Source of the DNA: an uncultured Methanoregulaceae archaeon
GTDB taxonomy: Archaea; Halobacteriota; Methanomicrobia; Methanomicrobiales; Methanospirillaceae
NCBI GenBank assembly: GCA_963737635.1
Contig: CAVTTL010000001.1
Location: forward strand, 1,216,001 to 1,280,000
Direction: 5' to 3'
DNA: 64,000 nucleotides
Under the pieces are notes generated by a model. It did no database searches, had not been told where the DNA came from, and was given only the letters and a program-made list of their open reading frames with translations. Positions 62,948 to 64,000 of this stretch are shown here, piece by piece. Position numbers and translations under genes: made by a program. Numbering within the stretch: the first letter of the stretch is position 1; each line of letters opens with the position of its first letter.

Positions 62948-63688
62948 TTACACCAATGCCATCAATTTCTGGAGCATGAACAGCAGCATGACAAATACGA
63001 TCAAGCCTGCGACGAGGCCGTATAGTATGCCGATATCCCTCCCGATCTTTCTTCCAACACGCTGTGCCACTTCAGCATCCACGAACTCGAGTTTCTTCTC
63101 GATCTTGTCGAGTCTCTTCTCGATCTCGAGGAACTGGGGGTTTGCCCCTGCTGCTGCGACTTCAGCGCCACCGCCGGCTGCTTCCTTAACTTCGACGACG
63201 ATGGGGTCGCCAGCGAACGCGCCGGGGTCTTTGGCCTTGAGTTCGTTGATTTTGGCCTTGATGGCGGCAAGGTCCTCGGTCTCCATGATATTGACGACGG
63301 TAATCTGCTCCTGGAAGCGCTTGATCGCCGCATCATTGAGATTTTCAATGAAGGGGATAGCGCCTTCAGCGCCGACAATCCTGCCGTCCTTGACGCCGCC
63401 TTTATGGAGAGCGACCATGGACTGGCCGGAGAGGTGGCCCTTGACTTCGGTACCACAGAGGATCATGAACCTGATGTTGGGGTTGGCGATGTAATTGGCG
63501 ATGACCTTTTCAAGACCGAGGTTTTCGGTCTTACAGGAACCGCACATCGCTGCGCCCGCATCACAGATACCCTGTTCATCGAGGTGGGAACCCATGGTGA
63601 TAACAGCGACGCAGCTGTTTGCATCTCCTGAGTGGAAGTCGCCTTTAACGAGCGGCCATCCACTTGCCGGTGATTTCTTATCTGCCAT
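62948..63688 (-). CDS. mtrA: MtrA fused to an MtrG-like C-terminus
   Basis: [30 protein letters not shown]; C-terminus [11 protein letters not shown]...[13 protein letters not shown] is MtrG-like. Confidence 0.93.
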   Translation of the reverse strand: MADKKSPASGWPLVKGDFHSGDANSCVAVITMGSHLDEQGICDAGAAMCGSCKTENLGLEKVIANYIANPNIRFMILCGTEVKGHLSGQSMVALHKGGVKDGRIVGAEGAIPFIENLNDAAIKRFQEQITVVNIMETEDLAAIKAKINELKAKDPGAFAGDPIVVEVKEAAGGGAEVAAAGANPQFLEIEKRLDKIEKKLEFVDAEVAQRVGRKIGRDIGILYGLVAGLIVFVMLLFMLQKLMALV

Positions 63689-63699
63689 TTGTCTTCACC

Positions 63700-63900
63700 T
63701 CAGATCAGTAATGCTGGCACCACAATCAGGATCAACGCTATAAGTAGTCCCGCGACAAACGCGACGAGCCCGTTTGTAGAAACTGCTGACTCGATCTTGT
63801 TTGTACGTGCAAGGATCTGTGACTTGTAGCGGACGTTCTCGACCATGTTGTCGATTGCGACCATCCTGACTGGTCCTGCAGCTTTTGCTTCTTCTGCCAT
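63700..63900 (-). CDS. mtrF: Tetrahydromethanopterin S-methyltransferase subunit F
   Basis: IDNMVENVRYKSQILARTNKIESAV plus TM helix. Confidence 0.9.
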   Translation of the reverse strand: MAEEAKAAGPVRMVAIDNMVENVRYKSQILARTNKIESAVSTNGLVAFVAGLLIALILIVVPALLI

Positions 63901-63905
63901 CTCCT

Positions 63906-64000
63906 TCACCCCATCCACATGAATCCGATCAGGGCAAACGAGATGATCAGGCCGATCATCAGCCCTTCGATCTTCCCCGCATAGACACCAGCGGCAAACT
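63906..64000 (-). CDS. mtrA: 3' end of upstream mtrA (partial)
   Basis: [17 protein letters not shown]...TGA, the membrane anchor of canonical MtrA. Confidence 0.8.
   Translation of the reverse strand, partial: FAAGVYAGKIEGLMIGLIISFALIGFMWMG

Overview
This is core chromosomal DNA of a hydrogenotrophic methanogen of the order Methanomicrobiales, probably Methanoregula-like. The assignment is inferred from the mtrA-mtrF-mtrA/G-mtrH arrangement, the S-layer protein family and the mer-galT-mtd-tfx-rpl3 order. The window carries methanogenesis genes (frhA, mer, mtd, the mtr 3' end, mptA, an mfnE-like kinase) and the large S10/spc ribosomal-protein operon from rpl3 through secY-adk-cmk. It also carries nadX/nadC, iorAB, cbf5/nop5/fibrillarin, thymidylate synthase, a PGF-CTERM S-layer gene, AMP phosphorylase, an NrpR-family regulator, a divergent tubulin/CetZ-like gene, six tRNAs and the SRP RNA. 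I saw no mobile element, prophage or CRISPR array. About 14 single-base frameshifts, several in essential genes, look like assembly indel errors. The strongest unexplained signal is a non-coding, densely base-paired ~500-nt region between a TATA box and rpl3. It has nested helices and mutually exclusive long-range pairings, and is a candidate large ribosomal-protein leader or ncRNA. All calls come from reading the sequence by eye; no database search or folding program was run.
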